The notes under the pieces are model-generated. The model worked only from the letters and a program-made list of their open reading frames with translations, was not told where the DNA came from and did not search any database. This document shows positions 1 through 10,330 of a stretch of 64,000 nt of DNA, piece after piece. This DNA comes from an uncultured archaeon. Its GTDB lineage: Archaea; Aenigmatarchaeota; Aenigmatarchaeia; QMZP01; JACQNV01. The stretch spans positions 536,454 to 600,453 of the forward strand of contig CAYPFW010000001.1 in assembly GCA_964410585.1 (NCBI GenBank), written 5' to 3'. Position 1 is the stretch's first letter. Each line of letters opens with the position of its first letter. The position numbers were made by a program, and so were the translations under genes.

Positions 1-876
1 CTGAAAGTCGACCTTCCAGAATCCTTCCAAAGTTTGAGGGATATAATCAACAAAACCTACAAAAGTAAAGTTGATGGTTTGAGAAAAATGCACCTTGTAT
101 ATGGTAGGACAATATCCAAGAAACAACTTCTAGCAGCACAAATGGAATTAGTAAAGTCAATGAAAGCAGGCAACCAAGGCGCTATAATTTCAATGTCAAT
201 TGTTGGGCAAGCTATTCGTTTAGAGCATGCTCTAACGCTTTTGGAGACGCAAGGAATTTCTATTTTAGACAAATATTGGGAGAAACTTAGATTAGAGAAA
301 AAGGCTGGCAGGCTTTTGGAGATGAAAGACGTTTCTAATGCAGTTTATTTGACTCGACAATTGAAAGAAAGAGGTTACAGGCATCCAAAAATGGGCAAGA
401 TCTGTTCAATTGTTGATCAGCAATTGAAAGCAAATCCAGATTCTAAAGTAATTATTTTCGCAAACTACAGGGAAACTGTAAAAGAGATTGTTGATGTTTT
501 GAAAAATGTTGAAGGCGCGAAGCCTGTCCAATTGGTTGGACAAAAAGAAGGGCTAACACAGAAAGAGCAAACAGAAGTTTTGCGCAATTTCAGCGAAGGT
601 GTCTACAATGTTTTGATTGGAACCAGCATCAGTGAAGAGGGGATCCACGTATCTGGTGCTGATCTTGCTATATTCTACGAAGCTGTGCCAAGTGAGATCA
701 GAAACATCCAAAGAAGGGGAAGAGTTGGAAGGACAAATGTGAGCAAAATTATTATTCTAATTACAAGAAATTCCCGCGACGAGGCATACTACTGGTCTTC
801 GCAGAAAAAAGAAAAAGCAATGAAAGGAATTTTGCACGGCATGAAAGAGGAGACTACGTTGGGTGATTTTAAGTGA
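1..876 (+). CDS. Hef/FANCM-like SF2 helicase, C-terminal part (5' truncated by window edge)
   Basis: IIFANYRE, TSISEEG and QRRGRVGR (helicase motifs IV-VI); frame open from position 1; no fused nuclease domain. Confidence 0.85.
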   Translation: MKVDLPESFQSLRDIINKTYKSKVDGLRKMHLVYGRTISKKQLLAAQMELVKSMKAGNQGAIISMSIVGQAIRLEHALTLLETQGISILDKYWEKLRLEKKAGRLLEMKDVSNAVYLTRQLKERGYRHPKMGKICSIVDQQLKANPDSKVIIFANYRETVKEIVDVLKNVEGAKPVQLVGQKEGLTQKEQTEVLRNFSEGVYNVLIGTSISEEGIHVSGADLAIFYEAVPSEIRNIQRRGRVGRTNVSKIIILITRNSRDEAYYWSSQKKEKAMKGILHGMKEETTLGDFK

Positions 877-877
877 T

Positions 878-1360
878 ATGCATCTAATTCTCAAAAAATC
901 AACAAACACCAAAGGCGTTTTTGCCAACAAACATTTTGACAAAGGCAAAAAAATAATAGAGTTCAAAGGCAAACTTTTTACCTACAAGAAGCTTCCATAT
1001 CCATACAACAAAGTTGAAGACCATTATGTCCAAATTAGCAAAAACCTGTACATGGGTCCGTCAAAGGGTTTGGATGATTTTATCAACCACTCGTGCAATC
1101 CAAACTCTGGTTTGAAAATCAGCGGAAAGAAAGCTGTATTGATTGCAATTAAAGATATCAAAAGTGGTGAGGAAATTTGCTGGGACTATTCAACAACAAT
1201 GAACGAGGATGATTGGGAAATGGATTGCAAGTGTGGATCAAAAAACTGTAGGAAAATAATAAGGGACTTCAAACATTTGCCGAAATTACTGCAGAAAAAA
1301 TACACCAAACTTGGAATTGTTCCAAAGTATAATATTAGTTTTGTTTATCAATTACAATAA
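878..1360 (+). CDS. SET-domain protein with post-SET zinc motif
   Basis: GVFA, FINHSCNPN, GEEICWDY, CKCGSKNCR. Confidence 0.9.
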   Translation: MHLILKKSTNTKGVFANKHFDKGKKIIEFKGKLFTYKKLPYPYNKVEDHYVQISKNLYMGPSKGLDDFINHSCNPNSGLKISGKKAVLIAIKDIKSGEEICWDYSTTMNEDDWEMDCKCGSKNCRKIIRDFKHLPKLLQKKYTKLGIVPKYNISFVYQLQ

Positions 1361-1955
1361 CTTCCCCATCTTTTAGTGTTTTGAATTTTATTTTCTTTTT
1401 CTTGTAATATTCAACAACTTTGTCCATGTCTGCTGATTCTGGATGATCTGACTTGTAATGGGGTACTATCATATAATCTATAATTCCTAAACCCTTCCAA
1501 ATTGTTTTCTGCATGTACGGATTTTGAGATGGGTCATCTACTAATTCAAGGCCTTTGAAATTTGGTTCTAGAACACACATGCCTGCACTGTAACCCCCAT
1601 ACAACATATCTGTCTTTTTCAAATCTTCCAGAATTTTATCAAAACCGCTAAGCTTCATAGCTTGCCTCAGGACAAATGTATTACCTCCTCTAACCCAAAT
1701 AACTCCAAACTCTTTGATTTTATTTTCCAAGTCTTTCTTTTTTCCAAAATATTTTCTAAGATCTAGGATTTCAGGTTTTAATCCAACAGATTTCAGATCC
1801 ATAATGTCCAACTTTTCTCTTCTCCGTCTTCTTTTCGAATCATTTGAAAAATCAACTGCGTTTGCTATGTACGCTGTCTTTTTGTTTTTTGGAAATAGTT
1901 TTTTCAGCTTCCTAACTTCATTACCAAGACCCTGAGAAGATAAATAAAATTTCAT
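1335..1955 (-). CDS. Peptidase E-like (S51, class I glutamine amidotransferase-like fold)
   Basis: VRGGNT, GYSAG nucleophile, VPHY. Confidence 0.85.
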   Translation of the reverse strand: MKFYLSSQGLGNEVRKLKKLFPKNKKTAYIANAVDFSNDSKRRRRREKLDIMDLKSVGLKPEILDLRKYFGKKKDLENKIKEFGVIWVRGGNTFVLRQAMKLSGFDKILEDLKKTDMLYGGYSAGMCVLEPNFKGLELVDDPSQNPYMQKTIWKGLGIIDYMIVPHYKSDHPESADMDKVVEYYKKKKIKFKTLKDGEVIVIDKQN

Positions 1956-1956
1956 A

Positions 1957-2733
1957 TCAATACTTCGTAATCGTCCCGTTTGTATATCCTTTCTTCAGGC
2001 CTCTGTTAAACAAGAAGCAGCCAATTGCAAAATAAACCAAAGCTGTTCCAACACCTGCTACAAATTCTATTAGTTCTGTTCCAGTTCCTGTCAAAGCTGA
2101 TCTCATTGAATTAATTGCATGTGTTGATGGAAGAGCATATGCTATATCTGATATTGGATGAGGCAAAACACTGACAGGATAATAAACCCCAGAAAAAATC
2201 ATAACTATTCCAGTGAGCATCCAAACAAGCGATAGATATTTTTCACCATAAGCTAACATGAGCGCATCAATCATCAAGCCAATTGAAACTGCAAAAATAA
2301 AAACAGTCAATAGGTTAGCTAAGTATGGTCCTGCTGCAAAAATGTTGAACCCAAAAATCAAAAATCCTACAAAACCAACTAGCACAAATGCGATTGTCGA
2401 GCTATACAGGCCAAACATTGAGTTTCCAGCTACGAAATGTTTTACTGCAGATTTTCCAGAAAACCCATGCTTCAAACATGTGTTCCAAATATCCATGGTC
2501 ACTGCATAGGTGATTGCTCTCTGAGACAAGTCATAAAAATTCCACATAATTACACCAACAAAAACAAAAAGCATCGAGTCTATTGGAGCGCCTTTTTGGA
2601 TTATGAAAAAAACCAATAAACCGATAGACAGAAGGCCTATAAACGGGTGCAAGAATATCCAGGCTAAATCTGCTGGCCTTCTCTTCATTATCACTTTGTG
2701 TTTGTAAAAGTGTGCTGATATTTCCTCTAACAT
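1957..2733 (-). CDS. ABC-2 type transporter permease
   Basis: Six hydrophobic segments, SGVYYPVSVLP; next to ABC ATPase. Confidence 0.85.
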   Translation of the reverse strand: MLEEISAHFYKHKVIMKRRPADLAWIFLHPFIGLLSIGLLVFFIIQKGAPIDSMLFVFVGVIMWNFYDLSQRAITYAVTMDIWNTCLKHGFSGKSAVKHFVAGNSMFGLYSSTIAFVLVGFVGFLIFGFNIFAAGPYLANLLTVFIFAVSIGLMIDALMLAYGEKYLSLVWMLTGIVMIFSGVYYPVSVLPHPISDIAYALPSTHAINSMRSALTGTGTELIEFVAGVGTALVYFAIGCFLFNRGLKKGYTNGTITKY

Positions 2734-2813
2734 ATAACTCTTTTCTCAATCAACATCTCACGTAGTGCATTGGATGATGAGATGTCTCGTGTCACAATAT
2801 AATCAAGAGACAC

Positions 2814-2905
2814 TAAAGGGGTTAATCGAAAACAGGAGGCTAAATTTTCTTCATCTTCGGATTCGAAAATTTTTGCGCCTTCCACAATCTCCATTTAACC
2901 CTTTA
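2814..2905 (-). repeat. Dispersed palindromic repeat family 1 (GGAAGGC...GCCTCC), copy 1
   Basis: Minus strand GGAAGGCGCAAAAATTTTCGA...GAAGAAAATTTAGCCTCC. Confidence 0.7.
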
Positions 2906-2913
2906 CAACAAAG

Positions 2914-3855
2914 CTATTTGACCTCCCCCGATCCAACAATTTTCAAAAACATTTCTTCTAGACTTGCCTTTCTTATTTCAATGTCTAAAACTTTAATACC
3001 CTGCTTTTTGAAAAACGCTTCTAATTTGTTAGCTAAGCGCAAGCCGTCTTCTGCTTCTATGTACAAACCATCCAAAACCTTGTATGACAAAACACCTTCC
3101 ATCTTTTTCAAAAAGTTGAGATTCTTGTACTCTGAAAGATACAAATGAACAATGTCTGGAAATTTCATCTTCTTCCTTATTTCAGGTATTGTTCCTTCCT
3201 CAACTATTTTTCCTTGGTCTATGATAGCTATCCTATTACACATTTCCTCAACTTCATTCAAATGATGGGAGGTTAGTATCACTGTCATCTTGTTTTCCTT
3301 TACTTTTTTAATGATGAATTTCCTGACATCTATTGCAACTTCAACATCCAAACCAGTTGTAGGCTCATCTAGGAAAAGAATCTCCGGTTTGTTTATCAGG
3401 GCCTTTGCAACTGCTATTTTTTGTCTCATTCCTGTTGACAAATCGCTGAACATTTTATTTTCAAATGGCTTCATGTTCAAGTCTTCTATAAGCTGCATTA
3501 TTGTCTCGCGCCTTTCCTGTTTCTTGATCCCATAAAGCTTTCCATAATATTCTAATATCTCAAAAGTCTTCATTGTCCAATAAAAGAAGGACCCACCCAT
3601 GCAAAGGCCCATTTTATTTCTTATTTGTTTTTTCTCCTTCACAACATCATATCCAAGGATTGTGGCCTTTCCAGAAGTCGGCAAAAGCATTGTTGAAAGG
3701 ATAAAAATGGTTGTTGATTTTCCAGCACCATTTGGACCGAGCAAACCAAACACTTCACCCTTCTTTATTTTCAGGTCTATCCCTTTCAGTGCATGTGTTA
3801 TTTCCTTCCCTTCTTTGAAAGTTTTTTTCAGGTTTTGGGTTTCGATAGCATACAT
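2914..3855 (-). CDS. ABC transporter ATP-binding protein
   Basis: GPNGAGKST, LSTGMRQ, LFLDEPT; start taken at MYAIET. Confidence 0.95.
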   Translation of the reverse strand: MYAIETQNLKKTFKEGKEITHALKGIDLKIKKGEVFGLLGPNGAGKSTTIFILSTMLLPTSGKATILGYDVVKEKKQIRNKMGLCMGGSFFYWTMKTFEILEYYGKLYGIKKQERRETIMQLIEDLNMKPFENKMFSDLSTGMRQKIAVAKALINKPEILFLDEPTTGLDVEVAIDVRKFIIKKVKENKMTVILTSHHLNEVEEMCNRIAIIDQGKIVEEGTIPEIRKKMKFPDIVHLYLSEYKNLNFLKKMEGVLSYKVLDGLYIEAEDGLRLANKLEAFFKKQGIKVLDIEIRKASLEEMFLKIVGSGEVK

Positions 3856-3887
3856 ACTGTTATATAGGAAAAACACGAATATTAATA

Positions 3888-4694
3888 ATGAAATATCTTT
3901 CGATTTTCCTAATTTTGATTTTGGCAGTTTCTGTGCAGGCTGCTTCTGAGCTTCCAAAACCTGAACCAAATACAAGGGTTTATGATTTTGGAGGAATTTT
4001 ACAAAACAGCCTTGAATTGAATCAAGAGCTTTTGGCATATGAAAAACAGACAACAGTAGAAATAGCCATAGTTACAGTTGAAAACATACCAACAGACTAC
4101 ACAATAGAGAGTTATGCGTTGGGGATTTTGGAAACTTGGGGAGTTGGTAAAAAAAGTGAGGATAATGGAATAGTTGTTTTAATCAACAAGGAAAGCTCGC
4201 CTGGGAGCAGGCTGAGGATAGAAACAGGATATGGAATTGAAGGTTATATTCCAGATGCAAAGGCTGGAAGAATTTTGGACAGAGCCCTTCCCTCATACAC
4301 TTCTGGAAACTACTCTGAGGCAGCAAGAATAATTTTGGATGGACTAAAAGATGCTTTGAAAGATTATCAGCCGGGAAAACAGCCAGAACCAGATTACACA
4401 GAAGCACTGATTGAATTTCTTGCAAATTTTGGCATATTCCTGTTTTTCATTTTGATTTTTGTTGTAGTTGGTTTTTTCGGTAGGCCAAAGTGTCCACAGT
4501 GCAAATCTAAAAAACTTAAAAGCGATGGCGACTTCTATGTCTGCAAAAAATGCGGAAAAAGGTTCAAGAAACCAAAAGATAGGAGAGATGGAGCATTTGT
4601 TTATGTTGGTGGCGGCTCTGGTGGTTTTGGTGGAGGAGGCGGGGGATTTGGCGGCGGTGGAGGTGGAGGCGGTGGTGCAAGCAGGATTTTATGA
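3888..4694 (+). CDS. TPM-domain (YgcG-like) membrane protein with zinc ribbon and Gly-rich tail
   Basis: WGVGKK..DNG, IETGYGIEG, TM helix, CPQC..CKKC, poly-Gly end; linked to lemA. Confidence 0.9.
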   Translation: MKYLSIFLILILAVSVQAASELPKPEPNTRVYDFGGILQNSLELNQELLAYEKQTTVEIAIVTVENIPTDYTIESYALGILETWGVGKKSEDNGIVVLINKESSPGSRLRIETGYGIEGYIPDAKAGRILDRALPSYTSGNYSEAARIILDGLKDALKDYQPGKQPEPDYTEALIEFLANFGIFLFFILIFVVVGFFGRPKCPQCKSKKLKSDGDFYVCKKCGKRFKKPKDRRDGAFVYVGGGSGGFGGGGGGFGGGGGGGGGASRIL

Positions 4695-5182
4695 TGAGAA
4701 GAACCACAGTGAGATCTCGGCTGATTTGTCTTTGTATAGCATTTATCTTAATTGCTTTTGCATCAAAATCCCTGGCTGTAATATTGCCTATTGGCTTGAT
4801 TTTGCTTATTATTGGTATATTTGATGTAGTGCGAGCAAAAACATTGAAATCTTTGAGTGAAAAGTCCCGAGAAAAAATGGAAACGAAATTATTAATATGC
4901 TCCTCAATTATTGTTAGCTTGGTTTGTTTTTCTCTTATTGCCTTTTATGGTTCCCTAAAAGACGCAGTTGGATTAGTTCTCATTGTCGGAATAGTAACTG
5001 GACTAAAAGCTGGCTACAGACACATAAATGCATGGTATATGACAGCTGGTATTTTTATTTTTCTTAGCATCGCCATGATATTGTCAAACCAATATCCAGT
5101 GGTATATATTGGGATTGGTGTTTTAGCGATAATATTTTTGATCCAGATTTATTTTGTAATCAAAAACAGGTTTTATAAATAG
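4691..5182 (+). CDS. Hypothetical multi-pass membrane protein
   Basis: Several hydrophobic segments; overlaps the upstream stop. Confidence 0.6.
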   Translation: MMRRTTVRSRLICLCIAFILIAFASKSLAVILPIGLILLIIGIFDVVRAKTLKSLSEKSREKMETKLLICSSIIVSLVCFSLIAFYGSLKDAVGLVLIVGIVTGLKAGYRHINAWYMTAGIFIFLSIAMILSNQYPVVYIGIGVLAIIFLIQIYFVIKNRFYK

Positions 5183-5200
5183 GGAGTTCCTAGTAATAAT

Positions 5201-5785
5201 ATGTTAAGTAAAAAATTGATCGCAGTTGGCGCTGTAGTTGTCATACTTCTTATCATAGCTGGAATAATCTGGGGATCTTACAACAGCCTTATTTCAAAAG
5301 ACGAAGCTGTAACAAAAGGTTGGGGAGATGTCCAAGTCCAATACCAGAGAAGAGTTGACCTTATACCAAATTTAGTCAATGTTGTTGAGAGCTATGCTGG
5401 TTTTGAAAAGAGCTTGATCACAGACGTTACAAGACTAAGGACAGACTGGCAAAGGGAGGCGCAGAATCCTGATCTAGAAGCTCGTGTAGATGCAGCAAAC
5501 AAACTAGAAGGCGCTCTAAGGAAGCTTATTTTCACATCTGAAAACTATCCTGATTTGAAATCAAGCGAGCAGTTCACTGGTTTGAGAGACGAGCTTGCTG
5601 GAACAGAAAACAGGGTTGCAGTTTCAAGGGAAAGATACAATGACGCTGTCAGGGAATACAATGTAGTTGTGAGATCATTCCCATCAAATGTAATCGCAGG
5701 ATGGTTTGGTTTCAAGACAAAAACACCTTTTGAGGCTCTTACACCTGGCGCAGAAAACGCACCTAAAGTGGACCTAAATGTTTAG
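5201..5785 (+). CDS. lemA: LemA family protein
   Basis: QYQRRVDLIPNL, ENYPDLKS, ENRVAVSRERYND. Confidence 0.95.
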   Translation: MLSKKLIAVGAVVVILLIIAGIIWGSYNSLISKDEAVTKGWGDVQVQYQRRVDLIPNLVNVVESYAGFEKSLITDVTRLRTDWQREAQNPDLEARVDAANKLEGALRKLIFTSENYPDLKSSEQFTGLRDELAGTENRVAVSRERYNDAVREYNVVVRSFPSNVIAGWFGFKTKTPFEALTPGAENAPKVDLNV

Positions 5786-6455
5786 TGATTTTTAAGTTTT
5801 GCTTCTAATTCTACTGATGCAATATAGACTTTTTATACAGAAACCTAGACTAACAGTAGAAGAAGTTAAAACTATTTGTAGCGGTCTGGATCCATATCCT
5901 GTAAGAAATATTGATGGCGACCCAATAAGCAGTAGAGGTTCCAGATTAGGTATTTTTGGTTGTAAACCAACTCCGTTTAGGCAAGATGATGTAAGAGAAT
6001 GTCTAGTTATAGATATTGAAACTCATACATGTGGTCAGCCATATATTATAAGCCCAGAAGGACCTTTAAGGTATGCACAAGATTATAGATCTATTAATCC
6101 GCTCAGCACATTAGTGGAATTTGAATATAGGCACATAGTAGTTGTGCAATTTGATGATTTGTTAAAGGATAAAAGTAGACTAGGTGCTTTTGTAAGAGGC
6201 TTGAAGGGAGCGGGACGTGGAAAGCTTTTGAAAGCCAAGTATCCATTTGAATCTGGAGACGGCAACGTAGAATCTGAAATGATTGTTTTACAAAATGACT
6301 TTACACTTCCAGAAAGGTTAGCTAGAACAACTGAATTGTTAACAGCTAGACTCCGAGAGCTTTATGGAGACAAATTTGCCCTTTCAGAAGAATTTGAGTT
6401 TTTAAGAATATAGAATGGATACACATAAAATGATTTTTAAGTTTTGCTTCTAATT
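5786..6455 (+). repeat. 25-bp perfect direct repeat (5786-5810 and 6431-6455) flanking an ORFan
   Basis: TGATTTTTAAGTTTTGCTTCTAATT at both sites, each 6-7 nt before an ATG. Confidence 0.85.
5817..6413 (+). CDS. Hypothetical protein
   Basis: 198-aa ORF filling the gap; no motif recognised. Confidence 0.6.
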   Translation: MQYRLFIQKPRLTVEEVKTICSGLDPYPVRNIDGDPISSRGSRLGIFGCKPTPFRQDDVRECLVIDIETHTCGQPYIISPEGPLRYAQDYRSINPLSTLVEFEYRHIVVVQFDDLLKDKSRLGAFVRGLKGAGRGKLLKAKYPFESGDGNVESEMIVLQNDFTLPERLARTTELLTARLRELYGDKFALSEEFEFLRI

Positions 6456-6462
6456 TTGTATA

Positions 6463-7146
6463 ATGCTAACTAAAGAACAGATTGAGGAAATAGATAGTAT
6501 ACAAAAAAAGATGCAGAAGGATTTTAGGCTTGTTCCACCTTCTGGAAAAATAGTTGAGTACCTTGGAAAAGAGTTTATTCTTTACAAAAATGTTTTCTGG
6601 CCATTTGAAGATAGCAAACCCTTAATAGTTGAGAACTTTAAAATCGCTAGAAGCGAATCTGTTCTAGATGTTGGAACAGGATCTGGCGTCATTGCTATTT
6701 TTGCTGCTTATAACGGAGCTGAGAGGGTTGTTGCACTAGATATAAACCCAGAAGCTGTAAGATGTGCAAAGGAAAATTCCAAAAAGCATGGATTTGAAAA
6801 AATAATTGAAGTAAGGCTATCTGATGTTTTTGAATCTGTAAAACCAGATGAAAAGTTTGATGTTGTAACTGCAAACCTTCCCTTTAGAAATAAAAAAGCC
6901 TCAGATTTTGTAGAGGCTAGCCAATGGGACACTGACTTCCAAACACACAAAAAATTTTTTTCAGGTGTTGACAGAATCCTAAAACCAAAGGGGAGGATAT
7001 ACATGTCTCAATCAAATTTTGGAGATGTAGATGAAATGAAAAGGCTGGCACATGATGCTGGTTTTAGTGTGAGTCCTATTGGGGAAAATAAATTTCAAAA
7101 CGATCCAAGGATATTTTATGCCTTTGAGATGAAAAGAGTTTTATAA
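6463..7146 (+). CDS. HemK/PrmC-like SAM-dependent methyltransferase
   Basis: VLDVGTGSG, ANLPF (NPPY-like). Confidence 0.85.
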   Translation: MLTKEQIEEIDSIQKKMQKDFRLVPPSGKIVEYLGKEFILYKNVFWPFEDSKPLIVENFKIARSESVLDVGTGSGVIAIFAAYNGAERVVALDINPEAVRCAKENSKKHGFEKIIEVRLSDVFESVKPDEKFDVVTANLPFRNKKASDFVEASQWDTDFQTHKKFFSGVDRILKPKGRIYMSQSNFGDVDEMKRLAHDAGFSVSPIGENKFQNDPRIFYAFEMKRVL

Positions 7147-7167
7147 AATCTATATCTAATTCTACAA

Positions 7168-8088
7168 ATGAAATTCAGAAATTTTGGAAAAACAGAAATT
7201 AAAGTTTCAGAAGTTGGTTTAGGTTGCTGGGCAATTGGTGGAAACCAATTTGGAAACAGCTATGGATCAACAGATGATGTTGTCTCAATAAAAACAATAA
7301 AGAAGGCTTTGGAACTTGGATGCAATTTCTTTGATACAGCAGATGTATACGGACACGGCCACTCAGAAGAGCTTTTAGGCCTTGCTCTAAACAAGGTAAG
7401 GGGACAGGTTTTTCTTGCAACAAAAGTTGGCGGGGCATACATGTATGGCGGAGATTGGGGTGGAATGAATTTTTCAGAAGAATATATCAGGTTTGCCTTG
7501 GATAAAAGTTTGCAAAGGTTGAAAACATCTTATTTGGATCTGTACCAACTTCATAATCCGCCTTTAGAACTGATAGAACAGGGCGAAATTTTCAAAGTTT
7601 TGGGCCGGCTCAAAAAGGAAGGGAAGATAAAATTTTCCGGCATTTCCATACACACATGGGAAGAAGGCGAAGCTGTTTTGAAACATGATGTTGATTCTAT
7701 TCAATGTGTTTTCAATATGCTGGATCCAAAAAACTATGAGATTATAGAAGCCGCGAAGGTTAAAGGTGTTGCTGTGGTTGCAAGAGAGCCTCTGTGCAAT
7801 GGTTTCTTGGTTGAAAATCCACCAAAAGGACCTTTTGAAAAAGGTGATATCAGATATCAAATGCCAAAAAATTATGTTGAAAATTTGGCAGAAGCTGCGA
7901 AAGAGTTGAGGGAAATGTTTGCACACAGAAAAGAACCACTGAGCCAAATTGCATTGAAATATGTTTTGATGTCTAAAGTTTCTGTTGTTATTCCAGGAGC
8001 CAAAACACCACAACAAGTTGAAGAAAATTTGAAGGCGTCTGACATCCCCGATTTGACTGAAAAGGATTTGGAGCTATTGGGGAGCTGA
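7168..8088 (+). CDS. Aldo/keto reductase
   Basis: GLGCW, FDTADVYG, TKVG, DLYQLH, IPGAKT. Confidence 0.95.
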   Translation: MKFRNFGKTEIKVSEVGLGCWAIGGNQFGNSYGSTDDVVSIKTIKKALELGCNFFDTADVYGHGHSEELLGLALNKVRGQVFLATKVGGAYMYGGDWGGMNFSEEYIRFALDKSLQRLKTSYLDLYQLHNPPLELIEQGEIFKVLGRLKKEGKIKFSGISIHTWEEGEAVLKHDVDSIQCVFNMLDPKNYEIIEAAKVKGVAVVAREPLCNGFLVENPPKGPFEKGDIRYQMPKNYVENLAEAAKELREMFAHRKEPLSQIALKYVLMSKVSVVIPGAKTPQQVEENLKASDIPDLTEKDLELLGS

Positions 8089-8089
8089 A

Positions 8090-8170
8090 GGAAAGCGTAA
8101 ATTTTTTGTGAATCGACATGAACAAAAAACTAGCCTCCTTTTTGATTGACCTTTTGTGACAAAAGGTCAG
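8090..8170 (+). repeat. Repeat family 1, copy 2, with trailing hairpin, between convergent genes
   Basis: GGAAAGCGTAAATTTTTTGTGA...GAACAAAAAACTAGCCTCC then TGACCTTTT-GTGAC-AAAAGGTCA. Confidence 0.7.
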
Positions 8171-8189
8171 ATTTGGGTTTATTAGGGAG

Positions 8190-8897
8190 TTAGGCAGCGC
8201 CCACCTTAACTGGTTTTTGTGCCGACTCAATTTGATAAGGACCAAAAATATGATGCTCGGCTCTATAATTTGGAAGTCTCAATCCTGTTCCATTTTTAGG
8301 GAAGACATAAACTAGGCTTGCATGTCTAACAGGCGGAATGCACGATGTTCTCGAATTTCGATATTTGTGATATATAATTATTATCTCTGGCTGCCTCTCT
8401 GCATCTTTTTGATCTGATTTGGAAAGTGGTTCACCCTCATTATGAACATGAAAATTACAAAAATATTCTGCCATTAGCCTTCTTCTATCTGGCCTATCGT
8501 ACATACAATTCATTAGTTTTTTCACTTCTAATGCTATACCAATTGCTTCGAAGGGACTCTTCCCATTTCTTTGATATTTCCACATTTTTCTTCCAAGTCT
8601 TTTCCATTCCTCTCTATTTGATGGTCGCTCTGATTCAGAATCAGCAAGCTTCTTTAGTCTTTCAAAATGCTCTTGGACATATCTCCCTTCACCTAACTCA
8701 TCAACAAAAGGAACAAGGCTCTCGTGTTTTGAAGGAAGAATTCTAAACCTGAGACTTCCCTGGTCTGCAGTTAAATAAACCTCTCCACCAACTTCTGCAT
8801 AATCAATAGCATCAGACCTTGCAATAACTCTACCCAAACTTCTAAATGTTCTCGGATCCTCTATCACGCCTCTCAGCTGGTCTCTGGTAAAATTCAT
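8190..8897 (-). CDS. Hypothetical protein with JAB/MPN-like metal motif
   Basis: EVGG ... FHVHNEGEPLSKSD resembles the JAMM E..HxH..SxxD motif. Confidence 0.55.
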   Translation of the reverse strand: MNFTRDQLRGVIEDPRTFRSLGRVIARSDAIDYAEVGGEVYLTADQGSLRFRILPSKHESLVPFVDELGEGRYVQEHFERLKKLADSESERPSNREEWKRLGRKMWKYQRNGKSPFEAIGIALEVKKLMNCMYDRPDRRRLMAEYFCNFHVHNEGEPLSKSDQKDAERQPEIIIIYHKYRNSRTSCIPPVRHASLVYVFPKNGTGLRLPNYRAEHHIFGPYQIESAQKPVKVGAA

Positions 8898-9045
8898 CTA
8901 CAAAATAGGAGAGAAATAATTTAAGTTTAACTCTTTTGAGATCTGAACTTGTTGCTTGAAAATTTTTATGTCTTCACTAATTTTCCAAAATAAGTCTAGC
9001 AGGGCAACTTCCACTTTTAAATAGGACCTAGAACAAATACATACT

Positions 9046-9747
9046 ATGCGAGGGGCTAAAAAACTAAAGGGTTTAGAGGTTGGCATTGGTTTTATCATTA
9101 CAATTATAATAGCAGTCATGGCTCTAGTTCTTGCAATCCAATTTTTGCAACAGGTTTTCCCACAAGTCACAACTTTGGGCCAAGATGCAATAAACACAGC
9201 AAGGAACACGCTCATAACAAAATTAGATGATCCAGATTTCCAGCAAGTGTGTACAGTGACTTTGCCAACAACAGATAGGAAAGGGGTCACAATTTCTAAA
9301 AGGACATTATCAGATTCAGAAGCAAGTGGAAGGCCATTCAAGCCTTTGATTGGTTTGAAAAACCCAACAACAGACACCAAGTGCTACAAGATGGATGTAA
9401 AGTTGGATTCTGTTTCCACATCATTGTCTCAACCATATTTTGCAAAAGATGGCTGCTTCAATGAGAATTGTCCAGAGTTTGTGGCTCTTCAAAAGAAAGC
9501 ATTGGAGTGGATAAGGCCGAGTATATCTTCTGCTATCTCACTTCCTTCAAAAGGTTCTGCAAAAGATATAGACTTGTTGCTAAATGTTGGTGAAATGAAA
9601 GAAGGCGATTATACATTTGTCTTTTCTGTTTCAGAAGCTGATCCAAAAGAATCTGGAGGAAAATGCCCTTCAATTGCAGACGAAACTAAGTGGATAGAGC
9701 AACAGGTTTGCGATCCTCCTGGAAGAATCATAAGCGTAGTGGCATAG
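9046..9747 (+). CDS. Class III signal-peptide (archaeal pilin-like) protein
   Basis: KKLKG/LEVGIGF followed by a hydrophobic helix. Confidence 0.7.
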   Translation: MRGAKKLKGLEVGIGFIITIIIAVMALVLAIQFLQQVFPQVTTLGQDAINTARNTLITKLDDPDFQQVCTVTLPTTDRKGVTISKRTLSDSEASGRPFKPLIGLKNPTTDTKCYKMDVKLDSVSTSLSQPYFAKDGCFNENCPEFVALQKKALEWIRPSISSAISLPSKGSAKDIDLLLNVGEMKEGDYTFVFSVSEADPKESGGKCPSIADETKWIEQQVCDPPGRIISVVA

Positions 9748-9748
9748 T

Positions 9749-10246
9749 ATGGAGATTGGTTTTGCGTTTACCCTTATTTTTGCTTTGATTGTTTTAGGTG
9801 TGGTGCTTTTTTTTGGTTCAGATATGATCCAACAACTTTTAGGTTTGACAGGAGATGCGCAATTGGTAAACCAAGTAACAGAGATCCAAAAATTGTCTTG
9901 TGGACAAGCTAGGGATGACACATGTTCTGGTGGTTTGTTTTGGAGCATACTAGGAGACACAAGGCCATTTACAATCAGCATACCTGGGGGGTTTACAAAA
10001 ATCTGTTTTTTGGATCCTGAATCTGATTTGAGTAGATCGACAGAAACATGGGACGGCAGCGACCGCTTGGCCAACTTAGCAATAGAAGGAAAGAAGCAAA
10101 ATATTTACGGCTTCAAATCAGCAGGTGAAAACCCTGGGTTCAGAATACCTAAACTCAAACCAAGCCAAAATTTCTGTGTTGACAAAAACACTGATTTGGT
10201 TTTGACAGCTAAAGGACAGTATGTAGAGGTTTCTCAACAAGTATAA
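9749..10246 (+). CDS. Pilin-like protein, N-terminal hydrophobic helix
   Basis: MEIGFAFTLIFALIVLG; Cys pairs; operon context. Confidence 0.6.
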   Translation: MEIGFAFTLIFALIVLGVVLFFGSDMIQQLLGLTGDAQLVNQVTEIQKLSCGQARDDTCSGGLFWSILGDTRPFTISIPGGFTKICFLDPESDLSRSTETWDGSDRLANLAIEGKKQNIYGFKSAGENPGFRIPKLKPSQNFCVDKNTDLVLTAKGQYVEVSQQV

Positions 10247-10330
10247 GTAGGCTCAACTAATTATTCTATTCTACAATTGTATTCCACTAATAGTTTCTCT
10301 TGGGATACCTTACCACTTTCAACAAGAACC

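Noticed and set aside
4605-4680. GGC/GGT-rich tandem repeat
   Set aside because: Encodes the normal Gly-rich tail of TPM proteins
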